A DNA stretch of 35,184 nucleotides from Dehalococcoidia bacterium (GTDB lineage: Bacteria; Chloroflexota; Dehalococcoidia; Dehalococcoidales; Fen-1064): positions 1 through 35,184 of the forward strand of contig JAUYDN010000099.1 of assembly GCA_030691775.1 (NCBI GenBank), given 5' to 3'. This document shows, piece after piece, positions 7,378 through 17,200 of this stretch. The stretch's first letter is position 1, and each line of letters begins with the position of its first letter. Under the pieces are notes generated by a model. That model saw nothing but the letters and a program-made list of their open reading frames with translations, was not told the DNA's origin and did no database searches. A program made the translations under genes and the position numbers.

Positions 7378-9715
7378 GGACATACTCTCCAGGCTTCCCG
7401 GTGCTAAGCAAAGTGGTGATAGCTGGACAGCGCCTTGTAACCTATCGGGGCATAAGACACCGGCGGGACACCTTACCTTAAAGGATGCTGGAGACAAGGC
7501 ACTTGTTACTTGCCAGGGCGGGAAGCATAGCTACCAGGACTATTGCCAGGCATGGGGCTTTGATTCTCTTACCTATTCTGATAATGGTATAGGGGGGAGT
7601 ACCACCAACGGTAGACCCTGTCAACCTGTCAACGGTAGGGCAAAACAGGCACAAAACAGGGTTGACACCCCCCTGTCAACTGTTGTCAACGGTGTCAACC
7701 TTACGACTTTGGCGGAAGCCAAGCACCTACCAGTAGACTTCCTTAAATCTCTGGGTATGAGCGACTTCAAGTACAACGGACAGCCTTCAGTCAAAATACC
7801 CTACTATGCAGAGGACGGAACCGAACGGGCGGTACGTTTCAGGCTTGCCTTAACAGCAGCAGAGGGGACGCGCTTCAAGTGGCGGAAGGGCGACCATGCG
7901 ATGCCCTACGGATTAAACAGGTTAATAAAAATACGGAAAGCGGGTTGGGTTCTTATTGTTGAAGGTGAGTCTGACTGCTGGACGTGCTGGTTTCACAGCA
8001 TACCAGCACTAGGTGCGCCAGGGAAGGGGACATATCCGCCAGCGTGGGGGGAATATCTCAAGGGTCTCGATGTCTTTGTCTGGCAAGAGCCTGATGCCGA
8101 GGACTTCGTTTTGCGGGTACTTAAAGGCACGCCTGAATTGCGATATATCCCGGCACCGGACGGCATAAAGGACATTTCAGAAGCGCACATTCAGGGGCTT
8201 GATGTCCCGTCATGGCTAGAGGACTTGAAAGCCAAATCAGAATCAGGACAGGCACTAAAAGCTCAAAATGACAATGAGCGGTTAGGGCAGCTTTACATCA
8301 AGGCAAAAGCGGTTATCGAGGCTGAAGACCCCCTGGAACTAATATCGGCTGCAATCCGGGGCTTGGGTTATGGCGGTGATATAAGACCCACTATAATCGT
8401 TTACCTCGCTGCCACGTCCCGTCTACTGGCTATGCGTGATGGTGCTATGCCGGTACACCTTTTAATAATGGGGATTAGCTCTAGCGGCAAATCCTATACT
8501 TTGCGTGTAGTCCTGATTCTTTTCCCTGCGGAGGCTTACCACGTCATAAGCGCAGGCTCACCACGTACCATTATTTACGATGATACAGACCTTCAGCATC
8601 GGTTACTGGTATTCGGGGAAGCGGACAGTTTACCGGCGGGTGAAGATAACCCGGCAGCAAGCGCCATTCGTAATTTGCTTCAAGACCATTCTCTCCATTG
8701 GGAGGTCACCATTCGGGACGCTGACACCGGGGATTTCACCGTGCGCAAGGTAGTTAAGCCGGGACCTACGGTTTTAATCACTACCAGCACCCGGTCACTG
8801 GGAGCGCAACTAATGACCCGCCTTTTTACCCTGGAGATTGGGGATTCAAAAGAGCAAATCGAGGCGGCGCTTAAAACGCAGGCAGCACTAGAGATTGAAG
8901 GCTCAAAGCCTCTTGACGGTTCGCTTGTATCTTTTCAGGCTTATCTACAGTTGAAAGCACCATTCAAGGTGATTGTCCCCTACGCTGGAGAACTGGCTAA
9001 TGGCATGGCTAAAATGGCTTCAGCACCACGCATTTTAAGGGACTTTGCACGCCTTCTGAGTCTCATTAAGTCAGTCGCCATTATCCGTCACCACTGGCGG
9101 GAAACAGATAATGATGGGCGTCTTGTGGCTACTTTGACCGATTACGAGACGGTAAGGGAGCTGGTGAACGATATGTATATTGATTCCAGCACTGGTGCTA
9201 CTAGCGAGATAAGGGCACTTGTAGATGCGGTGAGAGCACTTGACGCCACCAGGGGTAACGGTGGTCAAATCACCAATACCACATTGGCAAAGCACCTGGC
9301 GACAGGCGTAAAGCAAGTCACCCGGCGGGCTGGTAGGGCTATCAAGGCTGGATGGCTAGTCAACCGAGAGCAACGGAAGTTCTATCCGGCGGATTATGCA
9401 CCGGGTGAACCTATGCCAGAAGTGGAAGGTTTGCCGGTGCTAGAAGGCTTGACAGGGTTGACATCCCTTGACACCCCCCTGTCAATGAATTCTGAAGCTA
9501 AAAATGAGGGGGTTGACAGGTTGACACACCTTACCGTTGGCGATATACCCCCTCCCCCTGACACCGACCTGCCGCCGGTTCCCAACCATCCCTGCCATGA
9601 CTGCGGGAAAGACGAATGGTCTTTTGAAGAGAAAGGTGGAACGGTGTACTCGAAATGTGCGAGCTGTGGCATTGTTCACTATCCGGCTGGCTGCCCGCAA
9701 TGCCGAGAAGGGTAA
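7358..9715 (+). CDS. Multidomain primase-helicase (Zn-binding, Toprim, P-loop AAA+, wHTH, C-terminal Zn finger)
   Basis: N-terminal C..H..C metal site; Toprim VLIVEGESD and KDISE; Walker A GISSSGKS; Walker B-like FGEAD; LMTR Arg finger; C-terminal CHDC/CASC/CPQC. Confidence 0.85.
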   Translation: MRPRDFEDILSRLPGAKQSGDSWTAPCNLSGHKTPAGHLTLKDAGDKALVTCQGGKHSYQDYCQAWGFDSLTYSDNGIGGSTTNGRPCQPVNGRAKQAQNRVDTPLSTVVNGVNLTTLAEAKHLPVDFLKSLGMSDFKYNGQPSVKIPYYAEDGTERAVRFRLALTAAEGTRFKWRKGDHAMPYGLNRLIKIRKAGWVLIVEGESDCWTCWFHSIPALGAPGKGTYPPAWGEYLKGLDVFVWQEPDAEDFVLRVLKGTPELRYIPAPDGIKDISEAHIQGLDVPSWLEDLKAKSESGQALKAQNDNERLGQLYIKAKAVIEAEDPLELISAAIRGLGYGGDIRPTIIVYLAATSRLLAMRDGAMPVHLLIMGISSSGKSYTLRVVLILFPAEAYHVISAGSPRTIIYDDTDLQHRLLVFGEADSLPAGEDNPAASAIRNLLQDHSLHWEVTIRDADTGDFTVRKVVKPGPTVLITTSTRSLGAQLMTRLFTLEIGDSKEQIEAALKTQAALEIEGSKPLDGSLVSFQAYLQLKAPFKVIVPYAGELANGMAKMASAPRILRDFARLLSLIKSVAIIRHHWRETDNDGRLVATLTDYETVRELVNDMYIDSSTGATSEIRALVDAVRALDATRGNGGQITNTTLAKHLATGVKQVTRRAGRAIKAGWLVNREQRKFYPADYAPGEPMPEVEGLPVLEGLTGLTSLDTPLSMNSEAKNEGVDRLTHLTVGDIPPPPDTDLPPVPNHPCHDCGKDEWSFEEKGGTVYSKCASCGIVHYPAGCPQCREG
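7619..7699 (+). repeat. Intragenic iteron-like array 1
   Basis: TGTCAAC at 7619, 7627, 7674, 7684 and 7693, plus inverted GTTGACA at 7661. Confidence 0.85.
9448..9526 (-). repeat. Intragenic iteron-like array 2, mirror image of array 1
   Basis: (C/G)TTGACA at 9448, 9457, 9467, 9512 and 9520, plus TGTCAAT at 9480. Confidence 0.85.
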
Positions 9716-9720
9716 AGTCT

Positions 9721-11112
9721 ATGTCGAAAGCTATGAATCAAATCCTGGAGCTTGGTCAAAATGCCGACAAGTTTCACCCGGCGGCTGTCAAGCAATACCG
9801 GGAGTTTCTTGATGAAATTTACGAGAAGGTACCGCTGGATACGATTACTGATGATGATGTGAAGGCATTTCTCTCTAAATCGGATTTTGAAGACTACCAG
9901 CATAGCATAAAAAGTCTATTTGAATGGCTTGCAAAATGCCTGCTGACCAATGATTCGTCCGCGCTCAAGAGTTATCCTCCTTTATTCCCCGTTTGGGGCG
10001 TATTTGGTTTTAAGAATTTATTGCTGAAAGTCTATCAAGGGAAACTGTACCGCCAAATGGTAGCAGATGCTCAAAATCGGGAGCATCTGGATTCGAGGCG
10101 GAGGGACCGAGAACGGGAAGAGGCAAGAATAGAACATCAGCAGTGGGTGAACCGGGTTAATAAAAGCCTGGATACTCTCAAGGCAAACCTGAGCAAGAAC
10201 ACCATGCCAGAATTCCAAACTCCGGTCTGGCTGAAATCTTACCATCCCTCAGTTTGGGTTAAACAGCTATCTGGTCCAACTAAAGACTGGTTCACTGCAA
10301 AGACCAGCATAATAGTTGCCGCTTACAAAGTGACACTGGAGAAAGCTCTTCGGGACCACGTATATGTTCAGTTCTTTTATTGGGCTTATCATCTCCCCGC
10401 TGTTCAGTATCAAGCGGTCAGCCCACCGCTGGTTTCGGTCAAAGGTCATCCGCTCAAAGTAAAGCCGGGGGTTCCCTGCCTTAAGTGGCTGCTGGCTACA
10501 TATATCATATCGGTCACCGAATTTTGGCAGGCAGCGGGGAATATTACCGATAGACGCTATGGCCATGATTTTCAAGTTCAATCTTCCCCTGAGAAATTGG
10601 GCACAGTTTATTCTGGACCTGCGTTTTGGAAATACCAGGACGCCTTCGTGACTCCCCTTAGTCTTCTCGCCCTGCTCGCTTGGGGAAAAGCCGAGCTGCC
10701 TGGTGTTGAGGTAGTAAATAGGGATGCACCCTGGACCGTATTCAGAGTCGCGGGATTCTCGACTGAAATTAGCTTACATGACGATTTTATTAAATTTGTC
10801 AGGGATATGACTAAAACAACTTCGCTGGATAAAGCTCTGCTGGACAGAAAGATGTGCGACAAGGAAACTGCCGGATTGGTTAAAGCAAAGCTAGAGAAGT
10901 TGAAGGAGCCGGAAGCTCATGCTGTAGTCCCCGGAACTACCAGTGAACCGGAGAGCACCGGAGACCCTTACATGGATGTGTTTTCCGCTCTCGTGGGGCT
11001 GGGCTATACCAAGGGTGAGGCGACAAAGGCGGCAAAGTTCGCCTGCGAGAAACATCCCCACGAAACGCTGGCAAATAAGATAAAAATTGCGTTGCAATAC
11101 CCGAGTAAATAA
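9721..11112 (+). CDS. Hypothetical protein with C-terminal RuvA domain III-like module
   Basis: C-terminus DVFSALVGLGYTKGEATKAA...LANKIKIALQ fits the RuvA_C pattern; ATG lies 5 nt after the primase stop. Confidence 0.7.
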   Translation: MSKAMNQILELGQNADKFHPAAVKQYREFLDEIYEKVPLDTITDDDVKAFLSKSDFEDYQHSIKSLFEWLAKCLLTNDSSALKSYPPLFPVWGVFGFKNLLLKVYQGKLYRQMVADAQNREHLDSRRRDREREEARIEHQQWVNRVNKSLDTLKANLSKNTMPEFQTPVWLKSYHPSVWVKQLSGPTKDWFTAKTSIIVAAYKVTLEKALRDHVYVQFFYWAYHLPAVQYQAVSPPLVSVKGHPLKVKPGVPCLKWLLATYIISVTEFWQAAGNITDRRYGHDFQVQSSPEKLGTVYSGPAFWKYQDAFVTPLSLLALLAWGKAELPGVEVVNRDAPWTVFRVAGFSTEISLHDDFIKFVRDMTKTTSLDKALLDRKMCDKETAGLVKAKLEKLKEPEAHAVVPGTTSEPESTGDPYMDVFSALVGLGYTKGEATKAAKFACEKHPHETLANKIKIALQYPSK

Positions 11113-11229
11113 TCTTGTGCCCTACATATCGCTATGGGCATACAGGACGGTAGTCCTGAGTGATATAGTCCGAGCCTGATTGATTGATAGCTAATAGATT
11201 GATTGATAGAGCTAAAGGGGAGAAAAACT

Positions 11230-11490
11230 ATGGCAAATGTTAAAACAGACTTGGTTCTAAAATGTCCCTGTGGGGCATCCAGTCCGGTGTTTGAAGGTAA
11301 GGGCTGGAATAGCCATTGCGTTGGTTGCGGACGGGTGAGCTTCTGGTCGAATCCTCTGCTTACCGAGCGGTTGAAATTTGGCGGTCCACTGTGTAAGCAC
11401 AAACCCGAATTAAAGCCCTGCAAGAATCCCAAGATACTGACATCTTTTTGTCTCGTTTGCAGGGTGCGGGTATTCCTGCCCGCTTCCTAG
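11230..11490 (+). CDS. Cys-rich Zn-finger protein
   Basis: CPC, CVGC, CKH...C and CLVC motifs; GGGGAG RBS. Confidence 0.65.
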   Translation: MANVKTDLVLKCPCGASSPVFEGKGWNSHCVGCGRVSFWSNPLLTERLKFGGPLCKHKPELKPCKNPKILTSFCLVCRVRVFLPAS

Positions 11491-11507
11491 AAGGGAGGTA
11501 ACGGACA

Positions 11508-11726
11508 ATGATAGTTCAGTGTCCTCACTGCGGCAAAGAAATAGCGGTGAATGGTTTAGGTCGTCCGAGGTTAGATATACCACTCAAAAACGTTTATGAG
11601 TCCCTTTCGAGGCATTGTAGCGTGATAGCAGCAGCCAATGAGCTAGGTTGTAGTCCAGCTTACATATTTGGCGCCCTGAAAGCCAATGGGATGAAATTAA
11701 AGGATGTGCTAAAGAGATGCGAGTAG
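11508..11726 (+). CDS. Zn-ribbon plus GRPR-HTH protein (Hin/Fis-like)
   Basis: CPHC, GRPR and SVIAAANELGCSPAYI; GGAGG RBS. Confidence 0.7.
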   Translation: MIVQCPHCGKEIAVNGLGRPRLDIPLKNVYESLSRHCSVIAAANELGCSPAYIFGALKANGMKLKDVLKRCE

Positions 11727-12274
11727 CAGCCTACCTTCGGGTATCAACTTCAGACCAGAGTGTTGATAATCAGTTACCTGCCATTGAGCAATTAGTTAAG
11801 GACAGGGGTTGGGAGCTGGCAGAAGTTTATGCGGAACATGAAAGCGCCTGGCGGTCCGGGCATCAGTATGAACTGAAGCACTTGCTGGATGATTTACGGA
11901 GCGGCAAACATAAATACGATTATGTGGTCGTTTGGAGCTTGGATAGATTAACCAGAGAAGGCATCGCCAAGATATTTGACCTGATGCATTCTTTTAAGAC
12001 GTGCGGTTGCCAGGTGATAAGCGTTAAAGAGCCGTGGACCGAGACGAGCGGTATTATGACTGACTTACTTTATGCTGTAAGCGCCTGGGTAGCTGAATTT
12101 GAAAGCAGCAGACGCTCGGAACGGATTCAAGCTGGTATCAAGCGAAAGACGGAAAGGGAGGGTTATAGACCAGGCCGTCAGAAAGGTGCTAAGGATAGGG
12201 GAAAGAGGGACCGCACCGGGTATCTCCTACGGTATGCCAAGAAGAAAAGAACACCGGTTGGAGCGAGCAAATAA
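11717..12274 (+). CDS. Small serine recombinase (resolvase/invertase family)
   Basis: YLRVST catalytic Ser, WSLDRLTR and AEFESSRRSERIQAG; short basic tail with no clear HTH. Confidence 0.92.
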   Translation: MRVAAYLRVSTSDQSVDNQLPAIEQLVKDRGWELAEVYAEHESAWRSGHQYELKHLLDDLRSGKHKYDYVVVWSLDRLTREGIAKIFDLMHSFKTCGCQVISVKEPWTETSGIMTDLLYAVSAWVAEFESSRRSERIQAGIKRKTEREGYRPGRQKGAKDRGKRDRTGYLLRYAKKKRTPVGASK

Positions 12275-12540
12275 ACTATCGGGAAAAATCTACTTCTGGA
12301 TTAGATAGACCGAGGTATTAAAAAATTGACTGTAAATATAGGGTAGCTATTTTGCGTAAGGAATTTGGCCTACAAGTTACACCAGTGCTGTGGCAGGGAA
12401 TTGTAGATACTCCAAAAAAGTTATGTTTTGTTGACGACTGGCAATAAGTGTATAATTACGATAATCAAAAAGACTCTTATTCGTGTTTTCGGGAATAGGC
12501 CCAGAGGCATGTCAGGCTAGACATAGACAGGAAGGAAGCC

Positions 12541-14214
12541 ATGATTGATATCCAGCCTCAGCTCCTGACCCTAAGCGGGTTGCTAAGCAAGCGTCTTTTC
12601 CGGATTCCTCAATATCAGCGCGCTTACAGTTGGCACTCCAGGCACAGACAAGATTTGTTTAACGACATCGTCAACACATGGCGTGCCGAGGGTGACCGCC
12701 AGCACTTCATGGCCACAGTAGTCGGACTCCGCCGTGAGAGGCGCATGATTGGAACCGACGAACACCAAGTGGTTGAAATTGTTGACGGTCAGCAACGGAT
12801 AACAACTGTCATTCTGCTTTTGAAAGCAATTGCGAAGATTGTGAATCGTTCGGACCAAGAGGGAGATAGAGTTGGCCGCGAACTCGATGAGACTCTAGTT
12901 AAGCCGGACAAAGCCTCGCTATTGCTCTTGCAGACGAACCACGATATCAGTAACTACTTTGCCGATTATCTGAGAACGGGAAATCACCCAAGCTCGGATT
13001 TGGCGACTACCCAATCAGACCGCGAACTTTTGCTCGCCATTGAGGAATGCGAGCAATTTCTAATGTCCTGTAGTAAAGAGGGCCTACCAGTTATCGACTT
13101 GGTTAGTCTGCTCAAGAACCGACTGACATTCGTGTTCCACGAAATTAGTGACGAAGCGCTGGTTTACACCGTTTTCGAAGTGTTGAACAGCCGTGGTCTT
13201 GAAGTCTCTTGGTTTGACCGTCTGAAGAGTATGCTAATGGCCATCGTGTTTGAAGCTAAGGAGAACAGTCCTGAGATTACAAGAGAAGTTCATACTCTTT
13301 GGAGTGACATCTACAGATGCGTCGGATTGCGAATAGGGATGAGTACAGAATCGCTTCGTTTCGCTGCATGTCTGCGTGAAAAAGCTGCTCCGAGCCGACT
13401 CCCCAGTGAGGAGGATGCTGCAAATATATTACGGACGCGGGCCAAGGCTAGTACTGCAGACGTAATCGAGATTACCAACTGGCTGAAAACGGTGACTGCA
13501 GCAATGGACAAAGTGCTCGGCGACCGCCGGACTAGAGGTGTTACGAGGATTGTGCAAGCACGCTTGGTCGCTGCTGCAATACATATTCGCCGCGATTTGA
13601 CCGATGGGGATAGGACAGAGGTGCTTCGCCGGTGGGAAAACGTTGCATTCCGCATGTACGGCATGTTTGGCTTGGACGCACGCTACGCCGTTGGAGACTA
13701 CATTCGGCTTGCTTGGAGGGTCGCGAATGAAAACCTGGACCGAGACGCAATTCTGAAGGAATTGTCGAGTATTGGAGCCCAGTACCCGATTACTGAAGCC
13801 TTAGAGAACCTCCGTAGCGCCGACCGCTATAACGGTTGGCAGGAAGAACTACGATATTTTCTTTTCAGGTATGAAGAGCATCTCACGAAGAAGGCAGGAC
13901 AGAATTTCAACAACGAACAATGGAATCATATCTGGATAGCTAACGCCTCGGATTCTATTGAACACATTCTCCCTCAGAGTTCAGGAAGTGATAAGGTGGA
14001 CCGCCTGGGAAATTTATTGTTGCTTCCCCCTAAGTTGAACTCCAAACTTCGTGCCCTCAGTCCGTCGAAGAAGTCCGAGGAATATCGCAAGACCGGCCTG
14101 TTGATAGCCGGGAAGGCAGCAGACCAAGTAGAGAGTTCTCGATGGGGACTAGGACAAATCAAAATCAGAGAGGACGAACTGTTGGACTGGGCAAAAACTG
14201 AATGGGCTGATTGA
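12541..14214 (+). CDS. DUF262-DUF1524 (GmrSD-like type IV restriction) nuclease
   Basis: DUF262 motifs IPQYQRAYSW, DGQQR and FEVLNSRG; HNH-like IEHILPQ...LGNLLLL...N (DUF1524). Confidence 0.9.
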   Translation: MIDIQPQLLTLSGLLSKRLFRIPQYQRAYSWHSRHRQDLFNDIVNTWRAEGDRQHFMATVVGLRRERRMIGTDEHQVVEIVDGQQRITTVILLLKAIAKIVNRSDQEGDRVGRELDETLVKPDKASLLLLQTNHDISNYFADYLRTGNHPSSDLATTQSDRELLLAIEECEQFLMSCSKEGLPVIDLVSLLKNRLTFVFHEISDEALVYTVFEVLNSRGLEVSWFDRLKSMLMAIVFEAKENSPEITREVHTLWSDIYRCVGLRIGMSTESLRFAACLREKAAPSRLPSEEDAANILRTRAKASTADVIEITNWLKTVTAAMDKVLGDRRTRGVTRIVQARLVAAAIHIRRDLTDGDRTEVLRRWENVAFRMYGMFGLDARYAVGDYIRLAWRVANENLDRDAILKELSSIGAQYPITEALENLRSADRYNGWQEELRYFLFRYEEHLTKKAGQNFNNEQWNHIWIANASDSIEHILPQSSGSDKVDRLGNLLLLPPKLNSKLRALSPSKKSEEYRKTGLLIAGKAADQVESSRWGLGQIKIREDELLDWAKTEWAD

Positions 14215-14271
14215 GCGGTTGCCCAGTCCCTCGGAGTGCAGTCATTTTCCCTTCGAAGCACAGGAGTCTTA

Positions 14272-17200
14272 ATGAATGTCGCCGACCAAGTCCAACAGCA
14301 GCTTCGGGCCCTCAATGGCTATGATGCCCTTCTTGCGCTGTTTGAAGCGCTGGGGTTCAGTTATGCCAATGAGCCGCACTCAACTGTGGATTGGACTGAG
14401 TCTGTAAAGCGAGATGTTTCCGACTTCCGTCTTGCCGCGAGACATGGTGCCTTTAATGTTTTCTACGTAGTTATTCCAGAATCGCACATGTTCAGCCGAG
14501 AACGGCAGATTACCTCGAAAATCCTGGCAACCGAGCCTCACAGTTTGATTGTCTTTACCGAGCCAGCACACCGGCTCTGGCATTTCGTACACGTCCGTTA
14601 CGATGAGCGCCTAGAACGGCGTAAACAGCTCCGTCGCTTTGTTGTTGACCTGGGAGAAGAACACACCGAGACCCGCCTTCGCACCACTGCCGAACGTCTT
14701 GCCCGCATTGCGATTCAACCCAGTGAGCAGGTTTCGGTACTGGAAATGCAAGAACGCTGTGATGAAGCCTTCCGCATCAGTGAAGTAACCAGGGGATTCC
14801 TGAAATCCTTTGTCAGCGTAGTCGCTGACCTGACCAACGCCCTGCTGAAGAATAATCCTGCCTTGCTGAAAACAGAGCCAGAAGCTTTATGCCAGGCGCA
14901 ACTTCTTATGGACCGGCTCGTCTTCCTCTACTTCGTACAGAAAAAGAACTGGCTGAATGGAGAGCCAGCCTATCTTTATTTACGTTTCCGTAAGTGCTAC
15001 GAGGCAGACCATGGGCAGGATACATTTTACCGGGAACGTTTGTTGCCCCTATTCCGTGCTCTATCTCATCGTGCCGCTCAGCGTCCTCACACAGATGACG
15101 GTAAAGATGAAGCGCTCCCGTTCTTAAACGGCGGCCTCTTTGACCTGCCGCTGTCCTATGGAACAGCCAATCCTCCCATCGATGAGCGACTGCGCCTCCC
15201 AAATCAGGCTCTCTACTCTGTTTTTGAGGATTTTCTGGAGCGTTACAATTTCACGACCACGGAAGACACGCCTCTCGATGTCGAAGTGGCAATTAACCCG
15301 GAGGTCATTGGCACGATTTTTGAGACGTTCGTGCTCACTTCGGAAAACGAGCCGGAAACTAATGCTCCTGACCGGCGCAAAGCCACGGGTAGTTATTACA
15401 CTCCTCGTTGCGTCGTCCATTTTATTTGCCAGGCAGTTTTCCGCCGCTATCTTGCCAGCCGGACGGGCATCGCCGAACGAGTCGTAAAGGAATTGGTGGA
15501 ATACCTGCCTGCCCAGCAGTTGTCCAGTGATGAGGAAAAGGAATTAGTCGGACTGATGTCCGTCAAGGATGCTGAAAAGTTACGCGAGGCAGCCGTTCAA
15601 ATACGTGCCTGCGACCCCGCCGTGGGTTCCGGTGCTTTCCCGGTGGGTTTGCTCCAGGAAGTGGTAAAGCTAGTCTCTTTACTGGATTTACGCATCAAAG
15701 GCAGGGACTACATTCAACACCTCAACTATGCCCACGACCTCAAAAAACGTGTTATTGAAGAATGCCTTTACGGCGTAGATATCCAGGAGCAGGCAGTGCA
15801 GATATGCGAATTGCGTCTCTGGCTATCGCTTGTGGTAGACTATGAGACTGACGAGAGGCTGCCTCTTATCGAGCGTATATCGCAGATAGAACCGCTGCCA
15901 AACCTGACGTTCCGCATACGAGTAGGTGATTCGCTCATTGACCAAATCTTTGGTCGTAATTGGGATGTCAAAAATCAGCGTCATGATGACCTTACCAGCG
16001 AATTGACTGCCAGGAAACGTTCTTACTACGAATCACAAACGCCGGAAGGCAAACGTGATTTGGAGCGGCAAATTATTGTACTGCAATTACGGCTGCTGGA
16101 ACGGTTGCTTGAGGCAGAGCGGCTGGAAACCGGCGCGGACCTGCCTATGCTCGACGAAATGGTGAGCGCCCAACAACGATTAAGAGTCACTTATATTAAG
16201 ATGCGCCTGCAGGAAATTGATGACTTGCTGAAGCACTGCCGTACAGCGATGGGGCAGGCAAATCAGCCGGTTGCAGAAGCCTGGGAGCACACCCGCCGCT
16301 TTGATGCTATCCGCAAGCAGCTTGGTGTCTCTTTCATCTGGGAACTGGACTTTGCCGAGGCATTTGACCCTGCACGCAGCGGCAATGGTGATAACAAGAA
16401 AGGCTTTGATGTCATTGTAGGAAATCCGCCTTTTGTTACCGCCCGCAACCCGGAAAAACGCGAACAGTACCGGAGGCGCTGGCCAACGAGCTGTTACAAG
16501 AAATACCACCTGCTGGCGCCCTTTACCGAACTCGCGCTTAGTAAGTTGCTGCGGAAGGGTGGGCAACTCGGTTACATTGTATCAAACGCCTTTGCCACGC
16601 GTGATTTTGGAAAACCTTTAGTGGAGCAGGTTTTCCAGCAGATGGAACTGCAGAACGTGGTTGATTGCTCCGGGCTGATGTTCCCAGGACATGGCACGCC
16701 CACCTGTATTCTTCTCGGGTACACCGTGGCAAATAGACCGAAACTGACTACGTATTTGTGCGGTACTAAACCAGGCATGGGCCAACTGCATGAGGAAGCG
16801 GAAGAAACCGAGTTGTGGGCTGAGATTGAAGACGGTTGGGAGAACCCCACTTTCAAAGGCAAACGGATGGAGGTCGCTGAATGGACTGAGGACGTAGCTC
16901 GAGCACATCCGTGGTCATTGAACGCGGCAGGTACGAATCTGAAGGACTCCATGGAAGAAGGTTCTTCAATGCTTGACGGATATTCTCCCTACTCGGTTAG
17001 TTACTCCACAGTTTCAGGAAAAGACGCTGTGTTCGTTTTACCGTTTGATTCTAGCCGAAGGTTCCTTTTGAAAGATTTAGCCAGATTATTTGTCCTGGGA
17101 GAAGAGCTGCGTGATTGGAGTGTTACTCCTTCTCAATTGGCTATCCACCCATTTAGCGATGATGGACTTTTACTTGAACCGGAACTGTTGTCTGCCGGAG

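Noticed and set aside
7619-7699. Repeat array as a possible CRISPR
   Set aside because: Repeats are 7 bp, irregularly spaced and intragenic, with no cas genes nearby.
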